Made by a program: the position numbers and the translations under genes
Shown here: piece by piece, positions 8,909-18,892 of the stretch
How positions within the stretch are numbered: position 1 is the stretch's first letter
Layout: the number at the start of each line of letters is the position of its first letter
Notes under the pieces: generated by a model
Databases searched by the model: none
Seen by the model: only the letters and a program-made list of their open reading frames with translations
Told to the model about the DNA's origin: nothing
Source of the DNA: Candidatus Methanoperedens sp.
GTDB taxonomy: Archaea > Halobacteriota > Methanosarcinia > Methanosarcinales > Methanoperedenaceae
Assembly (NCBI GenBank): GCA_027460535.1
Contig: JAPZAR010000022.1
Span: forward strand, 109,886-141,885
Direction: 5' to 3'
Length of the DNA stretch: 32,000 bases

Positions 8909-10546
8909 ATGCGAGTCCTGATCATTGATGGTTATGTAGATGAACCGGCATGCCTGGGTGTACCGCCTTACATCTCGCCGTATCCAAGGTATATTGCAGG
9001 TGCACTGGTTGAAAAAGGGGTAAAGCAGGATCATGTCTTTTATCGCACCATTGACTGGATGCGCCAGCACAGGGAGAAGCTCCGGTTTGATATGATCGTA
9101 ATCGTGGCGGGCATGACCGTGCCCGGGAAATACCTGAGAGCCAATCCGATAACAAGGAGCGAGATCCAGGAGCTATCGCATCTGGATGGAGTAAAGATAC
9201 TTGGAGGGCCTATCAGGCTGGGTTTCGGGGAGGAGGGCGGAACTTCGGCAAGAGAGCTGGCAATGCCCGGGATCATCACTGCAAGAAAGGATGTGGAGTC
9301 ATTCGTTTACGATCTGCTGGATAACATGAAAGACCCGGATTCCATACAGCACAGGATGAGGAGCACAGCAGAGATCGCAAGATGGGGCGAAAAGGGAGCG
9401 TTCATAATCCGGCAGCACCCGGATTATCCATATATCATGTGCGAGCTTGAGACATATCGTGGTTGTCCTCGCCATTCCCATTGTTCTTTTTGCACAGAGC
9501 CCTTCTACGGCAAACCAGATTACCGCGAGATAAAAGAGGTAATTAAGGAGGTGTCTGCACTATATGAGCAGGGGGCCAGGTATTTCAGGATAGGAAGGCA
9601 GCCTGACCTCTTCATGTACAGGGCAAAAGATGGTATTCCCGACCCGATTGCCATCGAGGTACTATATAAGGGGATACGAAATGCGGCGCCGGAGCTCAAA
9701 GTGCTACACATGGACAATGCAAACCCTGTGACACTGGCAAGATATCCGGAGGAATCACGGAGGATCGCAAAGACCATTGTGAAATATCACACATCAGGAG
9801 ATGTGGCTGCACTGGGTATGGAAAGCGCGGACCCGGAAGTTATAAAGGAGAACGATCTGAAAGCTCAACCAGAGGAGGTATTCGAGGCCATAAAGCTCTT
9901 GAATGAAGTGGGTGCTGCGCGGGGAGAGAGCGGCCTTCCTGAACTTTTGCCGGGTATTAATTTTGTGCATGGGTTAAAGGGGGAGACAAAAAAGACATTC
10001 GAGCTCAACTTTGAGTTCCTGAAAAAAGTTCTTGAGAGCGGTCTCATGATACGCCGCGTGAATATCAGGCAGGTGATGACCTTTTCGGGGACGCCCATGT
10101 ACGGGCATGAAGAACTCGTGGTAAAGCACAAGGAATTGTTCCTGAGCTACAAGGAAAAAATGCGAAATGAGATAGACCTGCCAATGCTTCGAAAGCTGGT
10201 ACCCGTTGGAACGATCCTGCGGGATGTGAGAACCGAAATTTTTGATAAGATCACATATGGTCGGCAGTTCGGGACTTACCCTCTTCTCGTGGGCATCCCG
10301 GCGCAGGTAGAATTGGACAGGTTCTTCGACATAATGGTGACAGACCATGGATTCAGGTCGATAACCGGTATACCCGTGCCTGTGAATATCAATCGGGCGC
10401 AGCTGAAGATCATTGAGCAAATTCCCGGTGTTGGGAAGAAACAGGCAGGGAAGATCCTGATAGGGAGACCTTATAAAGACAAAGAGGATGCTGCGAAAAG
10501 GACGGGGATAAAGAGTGAACTGCTGGAGTATATTAGCTATTCATAG
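8909..10546 (+). CDS. Radical SAM superfamily enzyme with C-terminal helix-hairpin-helix (COG1031-like)
   Basis: 545 aa. Flavodoxin/B12-like N-terminus (MRVLIIDGYVDEPACLGVPPY), Cys cluster YRGCPRHSHCSFCTEP and C-terminal IPGVGKKQAGKIL HhH-like motif. Confidence 0.7.
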   Translation: MRVLIIDGYVDEPACLGVPPYISPYPRYIAGALVEKGVKQDHVFYRTIDWMRQHREKLRFDMIVIVAGMTVPGKYLRANPITRSEIQELSHLDGVKILGGPIRLGFGEEGGTSARELAMPGIITARKDVESFVYDLLDNMKDPDSIQHRMRSTAEIARWGEKGAFIIRQHPDYPYIMCELETYRGCPRHSHCSFCTEPFYGKPDYREIKEVIKEVSALYEQGARYFRIGRQPDLFMYRAKDGIPDPIAIEVLYKGIRNAAPELKVLHMDNANPVTLARYPEESRRIAKTIVKYHTSGDVAALGMESADPEVIKENDLKAQPEEVFEAIKLLNEVGAARGESGLPELLPGINFVHGLKGETKKTFELNFEFLKKVLESGLMIRRVNIRQVMTFSGTPMYGHEELVVKHKELFLSYKEKMRNEIDLPMLRKLVPVGTILRDVRTEIFDKITYGRQFGTYPLLVGIPAQVELDRFFDIMVTDHGFRSITGIPVPVNINRAQLKIIEQIPGVGKKQAGKILIGRPYKDKEDAAKRTGIKSELLEYISYS

Positions 10547-10771
10547 CCAAGCCTTTGGATCCGCTCTTATCAAGATTTCCCTGAACCACGGGTGATCAAA
10601 ACAAATTATAAGAATCTGAATGAAAGTGATCGCCAATAATCTGGATCGGGGAATTTACTGCAACGGGCTGAAAATATAGACTATTTTTATAGTATAATAA
10701 TATATAGTAATGATGAACAGAATCAAAGCATTCAATATCTTAACAGGTATCTTTAATGACCAGGAAAATGA

Positions 10772-12127
10772 ATGATGAAAGACCTTGACAGAATCCGGGC
10801 CTCAGTACTATCGAGGATCAAACCCGCTAACGAAGAAAAGGAGAGGCTCCAGGCCCTTGCGGAGGACATAATTGGCAGGATCAATGATATTGGCAGAAAA
10901 GAAGGGTTAAGCATAAGTGGCAGGCTTGTGGGTTCATCCGCGCGCGGGACGTGGCTTTCGGGGGGGCATGACCTCGATATTTTTATCATGTTCCCGCCCG
11001 ATGCATCAAGAGAGTATCTTGAAGAGAAAGGGCTTTATGTGGCGCGCAAAATTGCAGAGAAAGCGCAGAAAAGCGAGGAGAGATACGCAGAGCATCCTTA
11101 TATCAATGCAGTGTTCGACGGCTTCGAGGTCGATCTTGTCCCGGCATTTGGGGTTTCGAGCGCAGCGGAGATAAAATCAGCCGTGGACAGGACGCCTTTC
11201 CACAACAATTACGTTCTGTCCGGGATAAAAGGGCTTGAGGACGATGTACTGCTGCTGAAGCAGTTCCTGAAAGGATGTGGTGTATATGGTTCCGAGCTGA
11301 AGACCCACGGTTTTTCAGGTTATCTTGCTGAACTGCTAATAATTAATTACGGCTCGTTAATGGCAGTTTTGGAAGCTTCCTGCCAATGGAAACCCGGGAT
11401 GACCATTGACATAGAAAAGCATGGCAGCATTGCTCATCAGGACCCGTTGGTCGTAGTAGATCCAACGGATCCGGCGAGAAATGTCGCGGCCGCATTATCC
11501 CTTGATAACCTGTGCGTTTTCATGGATAGAGCCTGTGAATTCCTTGAACAGCCTGGAGAAAACTATTTTAATATCGCGGTTCTCGTCCCTCCCGATGATA
11601 CGGGTTTCAGGGACGTTTTTAATGCGAGGGGCACATCTTTGATAGCCATAGAATTCACAACACCGGATATCGTGGATGACGTATTGTTCCCGCAGCTTCA
11701 TAAAATGGAGGAATCGGTCCAGGAGATGCTTGAAAGATACGGATTCCGCGTGTATAATAGCGGTGCATGGGCTGATAAAAAGGCTATTATTTTATTTGAA
11801 ATTGAGTCGGCAGTGCTTCCGCAGGTCAAGAAACACACAGGTCCGCAGGTTTGGGCAGGAGAACATGCCGTTGCGTTCAAATCCAAGTACAAGAACTCAA
11901 ATACCTTTTCCAATGTATATATCAGGAATGGAAAATATATGGTGGAGATCCAGAGAAAATATACCGAGGCAAGAAAACTCCTGCAATCCGAGGTTCCAAA
12001 ATGCGGTCTCGGGAAGCATGTGGGTTTGAGCATCAAAGAAGGATACCAAATTCTGGAAAATAATCAGATATTAGAGGTCAAAGAAAAGGAGTTCAGAAAT
12101 TTCCTCTGGAAATTTATCAAAAAATAA
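10772..12127 (+). CDS. cca: CCA-adding enzyme (archaeal class I tRNA nucleotidyltransferase)
   Basis: 451 aa. Contains GSSARGTWLSGGHDLDIFIMF (class-I nucleotidyltransferase motif), AEHPYI and RTPFHNNY. Confidence 0.92.
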   Translation: MMKDLDRIRASVLSRIKPANEEKERLQALAEDIIGRINDIGRKEGLSISGRLVGSSARGTWLSGGHDLDIFIMFPPDASREYLEEKGLYVARKIAEKAQKSEERYAEHPYINAVFDGFEVDLVPAFGVSSAAEIKSAVDRTPFHNNYVLSGIKGLEDDVLLLKQFLKGCGVYGSELKTHGFSGYLAELLIINYGSLMAVLEASCQWKPGMTIDIEKHGSIAHQDPLVVVDPTDPARNVAAALSLDNLCVFMDRACEFLEQPGENYFNIAVLVPPDDTGFRDVFNARGTSLIAIEFTTPDIVDDVLFPQLHKMEESVQEMLERYGFRVYNSGAWADKKAIILFEIESAVLPQVKKHTGPQVWAGEHAVAFKSKYKNSNTFSNVYIRNGKYMVEIQRKYTEARKLLQSEVPKCGLGKHVGLSIKEGYQILENNQILEVKEKEFRNFLWKFIKK

Positions 12128-12130
12128 GAA

Positions 12131-13849
12131 ATGACGAAAGCACTCAGGCATATCAAGAAATATTCACCCATAATTCTTATCCTGGTCCTTTTCGCAGTTC
12201 TTGGATGCATCGGGAGTTCCCCGTACAAACAGACCACGCCTTCGGAACTGTTCTCAAACACGGGAGCCTTCGAGGGAAAAAAGGTATGCATAGAAGGGGT
12301 GGTCGAGATTCACGATATCCCTGAATATTTCTGGATTACGAATATCATGGTCGGAACAGTGGGTCAGAATAATCCGGGGCTTTACAGGGAGAATACTCTG
12401 ACCCAGGTATGCGGCACATTTTCAAATTACAGCATCCAGCCGGATTCTGTAAGAAAGATCCTCTCCATATCGACTGAAAAAAACGTTTACCTCTCGAATG
12501 AGAGTCTTATAGTGCAGGTGGATTTTAATTCTACAACAGATGGAAAAGCAAATCTCCAGGTATCGGGGATAAAAAACGTTTTTGACAGGGCATTACTGAG
12601 CGAAACCAGGCAGGTGAACCTGAAAAAAGGGGATAATTTTTTCATTTTTGATTTCAAGACCCCGTCCTGCGAAGAATGCTCTGCCCTGAAGCCAGGCGAG
12701 TATTATCTCAATGCAACGGTCTCTCAAGATGGAAAAACCTATGAAACCTTCAAGAAAATCATGCTTGAGAGAGAAGGCGAAAACGTCTCTGGGGCCACCA
12801 ATGCTTCGGCTGAAGTCATATCGCCTATGCAGGTAGGAACTAAAACATTGAACACCACTGTGAGCGTGGAATACTTCTACGACCCTGGCTGCCAGAAATG
12901 CGCAAAAGCAGCGCCTGTGATCGACCGCGTGTTGAAGTCCTATGGCGATAGGGTCAATTTTTCAAAATATAATGTGCTTACGGACGAAGGACTTCTCCTT
13001 GCGAAAAATTACCAGCTCCCCGGTGTTCCGTCAGTTGTCATTAATGGTAAAAAGCTCATTTCGTACGGGGATTATGGCGGAAATACTTCACAACTTGAGA
13101 TGCGCTTGAGAGAAGCAATTGACACCGCCATCGTTTTACCTCCAACAACAGGTATTTCGGGGGAGAAAAAAATCACCCTCTCAGTGCCATCTGTTCTGGT
13201 TGTGGGCCTCTTTGCAGGATTTAACCCGTGTCTTCTCGCCATACTGGCTTTCATAGCTACGGTAACACTTGCCACAACCGGGAAACGGCGAAATGTTATC
13301 CTGATTGTCATGATGTTCAGCCTGGGCATCTTTGTCACATATTTGATAGTGGGAATAGGTCTTCTCAGTATTCTTGAACAGTCGCCATCCCTGCAAACAA
13401 CAATCCGGAGCTTCCTGGTAGTGCTGATCGGTCTTTTGGGGATATGGCATGTATACGATGCCTGGCACATGAGAAAAAACACGGAATCTTCTTTCTATAC
13501 CCCGAAAGTTTTCATCCGCCTTACAGAGAGCGTGACAAAGAAGGTAAGCCTTCCGGCATCCTTCTTCATAGGAGCCCTTTTCTCTCTGATAAAAGCACCC
13601 TGCGTCGGAGCGGTGTATTTCGTGATACTGGACATGGTCAGGAGCGGCAAGGGCGCGGGATTATTATATCTTGCAGCCTACAACCTCGGGGTGGTGCTGC
13701 CGGTGTTCATCCTGGGCGCAGCGATCGCTTTCGGCCTTAACCCGGAAAAAGTGGAAAAGTTCAGGAAAGAAAGAAGGTCTGCAATGCGGCTGATTACTGG
13801 AGTGACATTGATCGTAATTGCACTTTTGATGTACGCGGGAATAATTTAA
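12131..13849 (+). CDS. Three-module thiol-disulfide relay protein: signal anchor plus extracytoplasmic domain (CEEC), thioredoxin/glutaredoxin-like domain (CQKC), and CcdA/DsbD-type membrane domain
   Basis: 572 aa. N-terminal TM anchor, FKTPSCEECSAL, YDPGCQKCAKAAP...LPGVPSVVINGK, then a polytopic C-terminus carrying the two CcdA cysteines (FNPCLLAIL and KAPCVGAVYF). Confidence 0.8.
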   Translation: MTKALRHIKKYSPIILILVLFAVLGCIGSSPYKQTTPSELFSNTGAFEGKKVCIEGVVEIHDIPEYFWITNIMVGTVGQNNPGLYRENTLTQVCGTFSNYSIQPDSVRKILSISTEKNVYLSNESLIVQVDFNSTTDGKANLQVSGIKNVFDRALLSETRQVNLKKGDNFFIFDFKTPSCEECSALKPGEYYLNATVSQDGKTYETFKKIMLEREGENVSGATNASAEVISPMQVGTKTLNTTVSVEYFYDPGCQKCAKAAPVIDRVLKSYGDRVNFSKYNVLTDEGLLLAKNYQLPGVPSVVINGKKLISYGDYGGNTSQLEMRLREAIDTAIVLPPTTGISGEKKITLSVPSVLVVGLFAGFNPCLLAILAFIATVTLATTGKRRNVILIVMMFSLGIFVTYLIVGIGLLSILEQSPSLQTTIRSFLVVLIGLLGIWHVYDAWHMRKNTESSFYTPKVFIRLTESVTKKVSLPASFFIGALFSLIKAPCVGAVYFVILDMVRSGKGAGLLYLAAYNLGVVLPVFILGAAIAFGLNPEKVEKFRKERRSAMRLITGVTLIVIALLMYAGII

Positions 13850-14541
13850 CCCAGCAGCGAACCAATCACAGTGATCAGGTTTTGTGTCATCGCCGTCATA
13901 TCTTCATTTGTCACGGAAGGGTTGACCTTCAAGTTTCCGTTTATGATCACTGTTGGCGTTTCGTCAACCTGGAAACTCTCGGCGAGTGCGATATCTGCGT
14001 CGGCTTCGTCCTTTGCATCCCCTCTATTCAATGCAGCGATAAAATCATTGCCAAGACCTACGCTTGTGCCTATATCCCCAAGGACGATCTCACTTGTGAT
14101 GTCTTTCTTTTCGACAAATTCTGCGTTGAAGAGCGCATTTTTCATCTCTTCGCCTTTACCCATCCTCTCAGCCAGGATATATGCCTCTATGCTTTTTCTA
14201 AAAGGCACATCTCCGGGCACTGACCTCCAGAGCATGGGTTTGTAGGTGATCTCCAGCTTGTCGCCGTACTTTTGTTTTATATCCGGCAATTGCTGATTGA
14301 GCGCATAACAATGTCCGCAATTGAATTTTAAAAATTCGGTTATTTTTACCTTTCCAGGTTCATATGTGCTCGGTTTATCCAGTTTGATGAATTTCCCTTC
14401 TGCAGGGAGTTTCCCTGGGTTCCCAGGAGCGGCAGACAAATATATGGCCAGCACCGCGATTATGAGCACTGCAATTCCCGCGTATATAAAAGTAAGGTTA
14501 GATTTTTTCGGGGGCTCAGGTTTGCGCTTCTTTTTTGCCAT
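13846..14541 (-). CDS. Membrane-anchored DsbA-family thiol:disulfide oxidoreductase
   Basis: 231 aa with an N-terminal anchor (LTFIYAGIAVLIIAVLAIYL) and a thioredoxin-fold active site FNCGHCY. It is convergent with the previous gene and overlaps it by 4 nt. Confidence 0.8.
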   Translation of the reverse strand: MAKKKRKPEPPKKSNLTFIYAGIAVLIIAVLAIYLSAAPGNPGKLPAEGKFIKLDKPSTYEPGKVKITEFLKFNCGHCYALNQQLPDIKQKYGDKLEITYKPMLWRSVPGDVPFRKSIEAYILAERMGKGEEMKNALFNAEFVEKKDITSEIVLGDIGTSVGLGNDFIAALNRGDAKDEADADIALAESFQVDETPTVIINGNLKVNPSVTNEDMTAMTQNLITVIGSLLG

Positions 14542-14612
14542 AATTTTTCAGGTTATTGGTTTTTCCTGCTATAACTATTGCGGTTTTATTTATCAACAAC
14601 GTTTGAACTATA

Positions 14613-15068
14613 TCATCTAATATTGAACTTGACCCCTATCTTGAACAGCCTCTTCGTAGGCAAATTCCTGACCTCGCATCCGGTTTTCTCGGCAATCTCC
14701 GATAAAATCTCCGCCATTCGTTCTTTACTTTCCGCTGAAAGAGTGAACCAGATATTGTAATTCGCCGGTCGAAGATAGTTATGGGATACCTCATCATACT
14801 GGTTTATAATGCCGGCCACTTCTTCGATCCTCTCCTCCGGAACCTTTACCGCGACCAGCGTACTCACGCCCCCCGTCTTCTTAGTGCTGATTATCGGGCC
14901 GATGCGCCTGATAGCGCCCTCTTCCTGAAGCCGCTTGATGCGTCTTATCACCTCGGCTTCATCCAGTCCGATGCTCTCGCCAAATTCCTTGAAAGGCCTG
15001 TGCACCAGCGGGAAATCAAGCTGGACCGCGTTCAATATCTTCTTATCGGTTTCATCAAGCGAGATCAT
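14613..15068 (-). CDS. Siroheme decarboxylase subunit (AhbA/AhbB, Lrp/AsnC-like), second copy
   Basis: [52 protein letters not shown]...VSHNYLRP...YNIWFTL. I prefer the ATG at 15068 (MISLDETD). It forms an ATGA overlap with the stop of the upstream radical SAM gene. Confidence 0.75.
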   Translation of the reverse strand: MISLDETDKKILNAVQLDFPLVHRPFKEFGESIGLDEAEVIRRIKRLQEEGAIRRIGPIISTKKTGGVSTLVAVKVPEERIEEVAGIINQYDEVSHNYLRPANYNIWFTLSAESKERMAEILSEIAEKTGCEVRNLPTKRLFKIGVKFNIR

Positions 15069-16120
15069 GCTGTCACCGGGACATAGATACAATAAGGCTC
15101 TTCATCGAGATAATCTCCTGTCGCTGCGTAGGCACGAGCCCTGCATCCCCCACAAACGGTGCGGTACTCGCATTTCCCGCATTTCCCTTTGAGCCTGCCG
15201 GGGTCGCGCAGGTCGTTGAAGACCGCTGACTTTTCCCAGATCATCTTGAAAGGGCGCTCCCGTATATTTCCGGCAAGCGCAGGAAGGTATCCGCATGGGT
15301 ATACATCGCCTCTGCTTGAAACGAAACAGAACGCCGAGCCGCCAAGACATCCCTTCGTCATCGCCTCAAATCCGTGCGTTTCCTGCGTTATCCTGATGCC
15401 CTCAGCTTTGGCGCGCTGGCGCATGATCCTGAAATAGTGCGGGGCGCATGTGGCTTTTAACTGGATACGCGAATTTTTGCTCATGTCGTAGAACCAGTTG
15501 AGCACACGTTCGTACTCCTCTGGCGGGATCTCATCCTCTTCGATATCTTCTCCTCTTCCTGTTGGAACAAGTAAAAATATATGGAGGGCGGATGCCCCCA
15601 GTTCAAGAGCAAGGTCGTATATGTGCGGGATCTCCGCAAGGTTCCTTTTTGTGATCGTGGTATTGATCTGGAAACTGATGCCTTCATTTTTCAAAATATC
15701 TATTCCGCGAAGCGCACCTTCAAATGCTCCGGGTTCACCCCTGAATGTGTCATGCGTAGCCGCATTTGAACCATCGATGCTGATGCTCACCCGCTGAATT
15801 CCGACTTCTTTCAACCTGCGGGCAATATCGGGAGTAAGGAGCGTACCGTTGGTGGCGAGCACGACGCGCAGGCCGTGCCCCGAGGCATACCTTGCGATAT
15901 CGAAAACGTCAGCCCGAAGCAGCGGTTCTCCTCCCGTCAGGATTATAATGGGTTTGTATTCTACCAGTTCATCTACAAAATGCCTGGCCTCAGCGGTAGA
16001 TAATTCATCAGGCGCTGGATCTCTTATTGCAGATGCCCGGCAATGGATGCATGCCAGGTTGCATGCGTTCGTAAGCTCCCATGCGACAAGCCTTGGGGGT
16101 CTCGTTTTATGTTCTGTCAA
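15065..16120 (-). CDS. NirJ-like radical SAM/SPASM heme-biosynthesis enzyme (AhbC or AhbD; AhbD slightly favoured)
   Basis: 351 aa. Contains [13 protein letters not shown] (CX3CX2C) and a C-terminal SPASM-type cysteine array ([21 protein letters not shown]...[20 protein letters not shown]). It is coupled to an Ahb decarboxylase subunit. Confidence 0.75.
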   Translation of the reverse strand: MTEHKTRPPRLVAWELTNACNLACIHCRASAIRDPAPDELSTAEARHFVDELVEYKPIIILTGGEPLLRADVFDIARYASGHGLRVVLATNGTLLTPDIARRLKEVGIQRVSISIDGSNAATHDTFRGEPGAFEGALRGIDILKNEGISFQINTTITKRNLAEIPHIYDLALELGASALHIFLLVPTGRGEDIEEDEIPPEEYERVLNWFYDMSKNSRIQLKATCAPHYFRIMRQRAKAEGIRITQETHGFEAMTKGCLGGSAFCFVSSRGDVYPCGYLPALAGNIRERPFKMIWEKSAVFNDLRDPGRLKGKCGKCEYRTVCGGCRARAYAATGDYLDEEPYCIYVPVTA

Positions 16121-16230
16121 TATTCTACGGATTATCTTTGGAAGTTAATAACCTTTATGTACATATTGAAAATGCTTAAATACAAGAATTCATACAGTGC
16201 TTTATACAGTTATTTTAAGCGGGACATAAA

Positions 16231-16728
16231 ATGATAGCTACTGAGCACCTAAAGGATGATAAAGTTTGTGATGATTGGTTAAACAGCCTGAAACCTTCCA
16301 CCGCAGCTACCTACATGTATGGTCTGCTCAAGTATTGTGAATATACGGGCAAAACGCCTTCCTTCTTAATCAATGAGGCGAGGGAAGATTTCATAAATAG
16401 GGTTCCCCCATGGGAATTGAGATATGTCAAACAAATCGAGGGGCTTGTATCCTCCTTTGACGGGAGTATGGCGAACTGGACGAAAATCGGTATTATAAAG
16501 GCTGTCAAGAATTTCTATAAATTCAATAAAATTCCTGCAATGGGACTGAATTATAGTAGAATTCCCATGATGGCGACCGAAAAATATCTGGATACTCCTG
16601 TGCTGAAAATCGAGGATGTTCGCAGGGCAGTTCAGATATGCGGGATTAAGGTTGAAGGGGATAACAATTGGCTAATAATCCAGAATGCAAGTATAAATCC
16701 AGAGTCCGGAAAGAATGGTGCTCAGTAA
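16231..16728 (+). pseudogene. Tyrosine recombinase/integrase stub: N-terminal SAM-like core-binding domain only, catalytic domain missing
   Basis: 165 aa. WLNSLKPSTAATYMYGLLKYCEYTGKTPSFLINEA...IKAVKNFYKFN resembles phage-integrase N-terminal domains. No R..HxxR..Y catalytic region follows, and I saw none elsewhere in the window. Confidence 0.5.
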
Positions 16729-16737
16729 TTTTTTAAT

Positions 16738-17200
16738 TTAAATCCATTTATCTATTTTCAACACTTCCCCCGACGACCCTATATCCATCAATTCTTCCAT
16801 AATGAAGAAATTACCCTGTAATCCGCCACAATGAATACATGTATTTGCAATTACTTCTTGTTGCAATGTTTGGCTATATATTCGTTTGATGTGTGGGTAT
16901 AGTTCCATTAATTTCTTATCCAGAAGTGGCAAACTCCCAATATGATGACTTACTTCACAATCGAAATCGTAAGTGATATGTGGAGTAATCTCCGCACATT
17001 TCCAGCATTTTGTATTCCATTTGTATATTGGTAGCAATTAAATGAGACATCCACCTGTTTTTGCTCAAGCCGATTGATTTAATGCTATATGGCGCATTTT
17101 CTCCAATCCATATTACCAATGCTTGCCTCTGGTGTTGTTCCCAAGCCCTGACAGAACCCTTGGCTCTCAGTTCCAGAGAAAAATAATATACCGGCCTCAT
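16738..17200 (-). pseudogene. Frame-disrupted Cys-rich (zinc-ribbon-like) protein, unknown family
   Basis: Two overlapping minus-strand ORFs in different frames (16955..17200 and 16738..17037). The distal part carries CWKC...C and CIHCGG pairs. Confidence 0.3.
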
Positions 17201-17351
17201 CTATTCTTTTCATTTTCCCAGAGTCGGCGATGATACGGCGATGATACATTCCAGCTCGAAGATTACATCTAATCCCTTTCTACTCAGTTTTTTCTTTTTC
17301 AAGATATTCTTTTATAGCTTCGCAAACCAAACATGTTATAGAAAGTAAATT

Positions 17352-17546
17352 ATGAGCGACAAAGGACAAACATCTTCAAAACACCAGAAATCAACTGGAG
17401 AAAAGAAGAAACAGAAAAGTGGATGGATTTCAAGGAGTTCTGGTTCTGGAAAGAAAGAACAAAAAGATACAAGGATTGTATATGAAATAAGACCATATGA
17501 AACATACGAGGAATATTTGGCTTCGTTCGAAACTCCAGAAGAATAA
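17352..17546 (+). CDS. Small Lys/Ser-rich hypothetical protein
   Basis: 64-aa ATG ORF. No recognisable family. Confidence 0.3.
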   Translation: MSDKGQTSSKHQKSTGEKKKQKSGWISRSSGSGKKEQKDTRIVYEIRPYETYEEYLASFETPEE

Positions 17547-17746
17547 TATTTTTAACTTTTATATAATTATGATAAAATGGGCGCTTTTCAGTGGGTCGGG
17601 ATAGTTGGATATGTCTTGCCCAATTATTAATCGTATAGACCCTTTGTGTCCACCGCAGCGTCGGTACCGGAGCTCGGCAGGTATTTAGAAGAAACCGGGG
17701 ATGCAGGTTAAGTCGTGTTCCTTAACTGATGCCCCAATGACTGCAC

Positions 17747-18376
17747 TTATGGAGAAATTATTTTCTGTTTAAAGTAGAGTGCTAATAACATCATTGACCC
17801 CGAAGCTGTTATCATCCAAGGTGAACCCAAAAGCAATAAAGCAATGGAAAAAGTCGGATAAAAATATACAAGCGCAATCAAAGGAGTAATCAGTGCGTTA
17901 GCTAAAAAAAATCGTCTTGTCCACAGTTCAAGCCCTTTCTTTTCAAACACTGGCACTGCAAATAATGTTGCCAAGCCCATGAAAATATACCCTAATGCAT
18001 CAATGTCCCAGAAAAGAGAATGTGGTGTTTGGTCAAGTATGCGAACCTCATCGAAAGCTCCTCGAAGAGTCATTGGGATTACAGTCGCCAATTGAACAAT
18101 ATAATTCAAAGTAACATACAATGCATACATAACGGTAAAAAGAAGGGCTGCGTGAGTCCAAATTTTCATATCGTCAGATACTGAATAGTGTAGCGCAAGC
18201 ATGGCAAGGATAAATGGTATCGGGATTAAAAGAGAAAATCCATATATAAGAATTCCATCCAAAGGAAATTTAAAATAACCAACAAGTTGTAGAATTTGGG
18301 CAACATCAAATCCAACACTTGCTATAAAGGCTATGAGTGCCGAGTAAAAACCTAATTTTATGGTACTATTATTCAT
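17747..18376 (-). CDS. Polytopic membrane protein (about 6 TM), unknown family
   Basis: 209-aa ORF with regularly spaced hydrophobic helices. Confidence 0.55.
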   Translation of the reverse strand: MNNSTIKLGFYSALIAFIASVGFDVAQILQLVGYFKFPLDGILIYGFSLLIPIPFILAMLALHYSVSDDMKIWTHAALLFTVMYALYVTLNYIVQLATVIPMTLRGAFDEVRILDQTPHSLFWDIDALGYIFMGLATLFAVPVFEKKGLELWTRRFFLANALITPLIALVYFYPTFSIALLLLGSPWMITASGSMMLLALYFKQKIISP

Positions 18377-18682
18377 AATTATAAAGTGCTATTAACTTAT
18401 TTATATTTCTTATCTTTCAAGAATTCAATATTTTAATCGAGTTACCCAATAGAGATTTCTATGAATTGGGCGGGAATTACCCATACTAAAAATCTATCTA
18501 ATTTAAGGTATTTAAACATGCCTGTATTGTGCAAAAACACCCGGTAAAAAAAGGTTATTAAGCAAAAGATTTACGTACCTTTATGTAATTAAATATACTT
18601 TTCCAATCCCTGAAATAGACCCTCATCCTGCGATGTTTAACAACCCTTTTCATTCTACAATATCCTAACAGAATCGTAAAAA

Positions 18683-18892
18683 TTAGCTTTTAATATAGTT
18701 TATAATAAAAAAACCACCAAGTACTCCCAAATAAAAAGTTAAATATATATATAGAATCATATTTATAATACTTATTGGGACATCCATGAGTAGGGTAACT
18801 AAAAGGGTAATTATTCCAAAGATTACAGTAATAAACGATACTTTTATTATGAAATTCTTTCCGTTAACAATCCTTTTAGCCACGTTTACCAA
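18683..18892 (-). CDS. Small membrane protein (2 TM), hypothetical
   Basis: 69-aa ORF with two hydrophobic helices, in a very AT-rich context. Confidence 0.3.
   Translation of the reverse strand: MVNVAKRIVNGKNFIIKVSFITVIFGIITLLVTLLMDVPISIINMILYIYLTFYLGVLGGFFIINYIKS

Noticed and set aside
16231-16728. The integrase stub might be the Int(N) half of an SSV-type integrase partitioned by its own integration.
   Set aside because: For a plus-strand Int(N) the element would have to lie to its left, but that side is the conserved ahb operon. I saw no Int(C)/catalytic fragment and no tRNA-like att sequence in the window. Simple truncation is more parsimonious.
17225-17246. A tandem 11-mer (cggcgatgata x2). 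Separately, GATGA-type motifs at 10709-10775 were considered as C/D-box sRNA candidates.
   Set aside because: I found no matching D/D' (CUGA) boxes at appropriate spacing and no terminal stem. These are most likely chance or slippage.
17697-17735. An imperfect hairpin (GGGG..GUUAAG-loop-CUUAAC..CCCC, ~12 bp total) between the convergent genes 17352..17546 and 17747..18376. It could be a terminator or a tRNA/att fragment.
   Set aside because: It has no adjacent oligo-U tract, which is the usual archaeal terminator signal, and no cloverleaf or T-loop consensus. It is a single occurrence, so I cannot evaluate it without folding energies.
18440-18490. A short palindromic stretch (cccaATAGAgattTCTATgaattggg) 60-110 nt upstream of the membrane protein gene 17747..18376.
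   Set aside because: It could be an operator, but it is short, imperfect and in very AT-rich DNA where such palindromes arise by chance. There is no second copy to support it.
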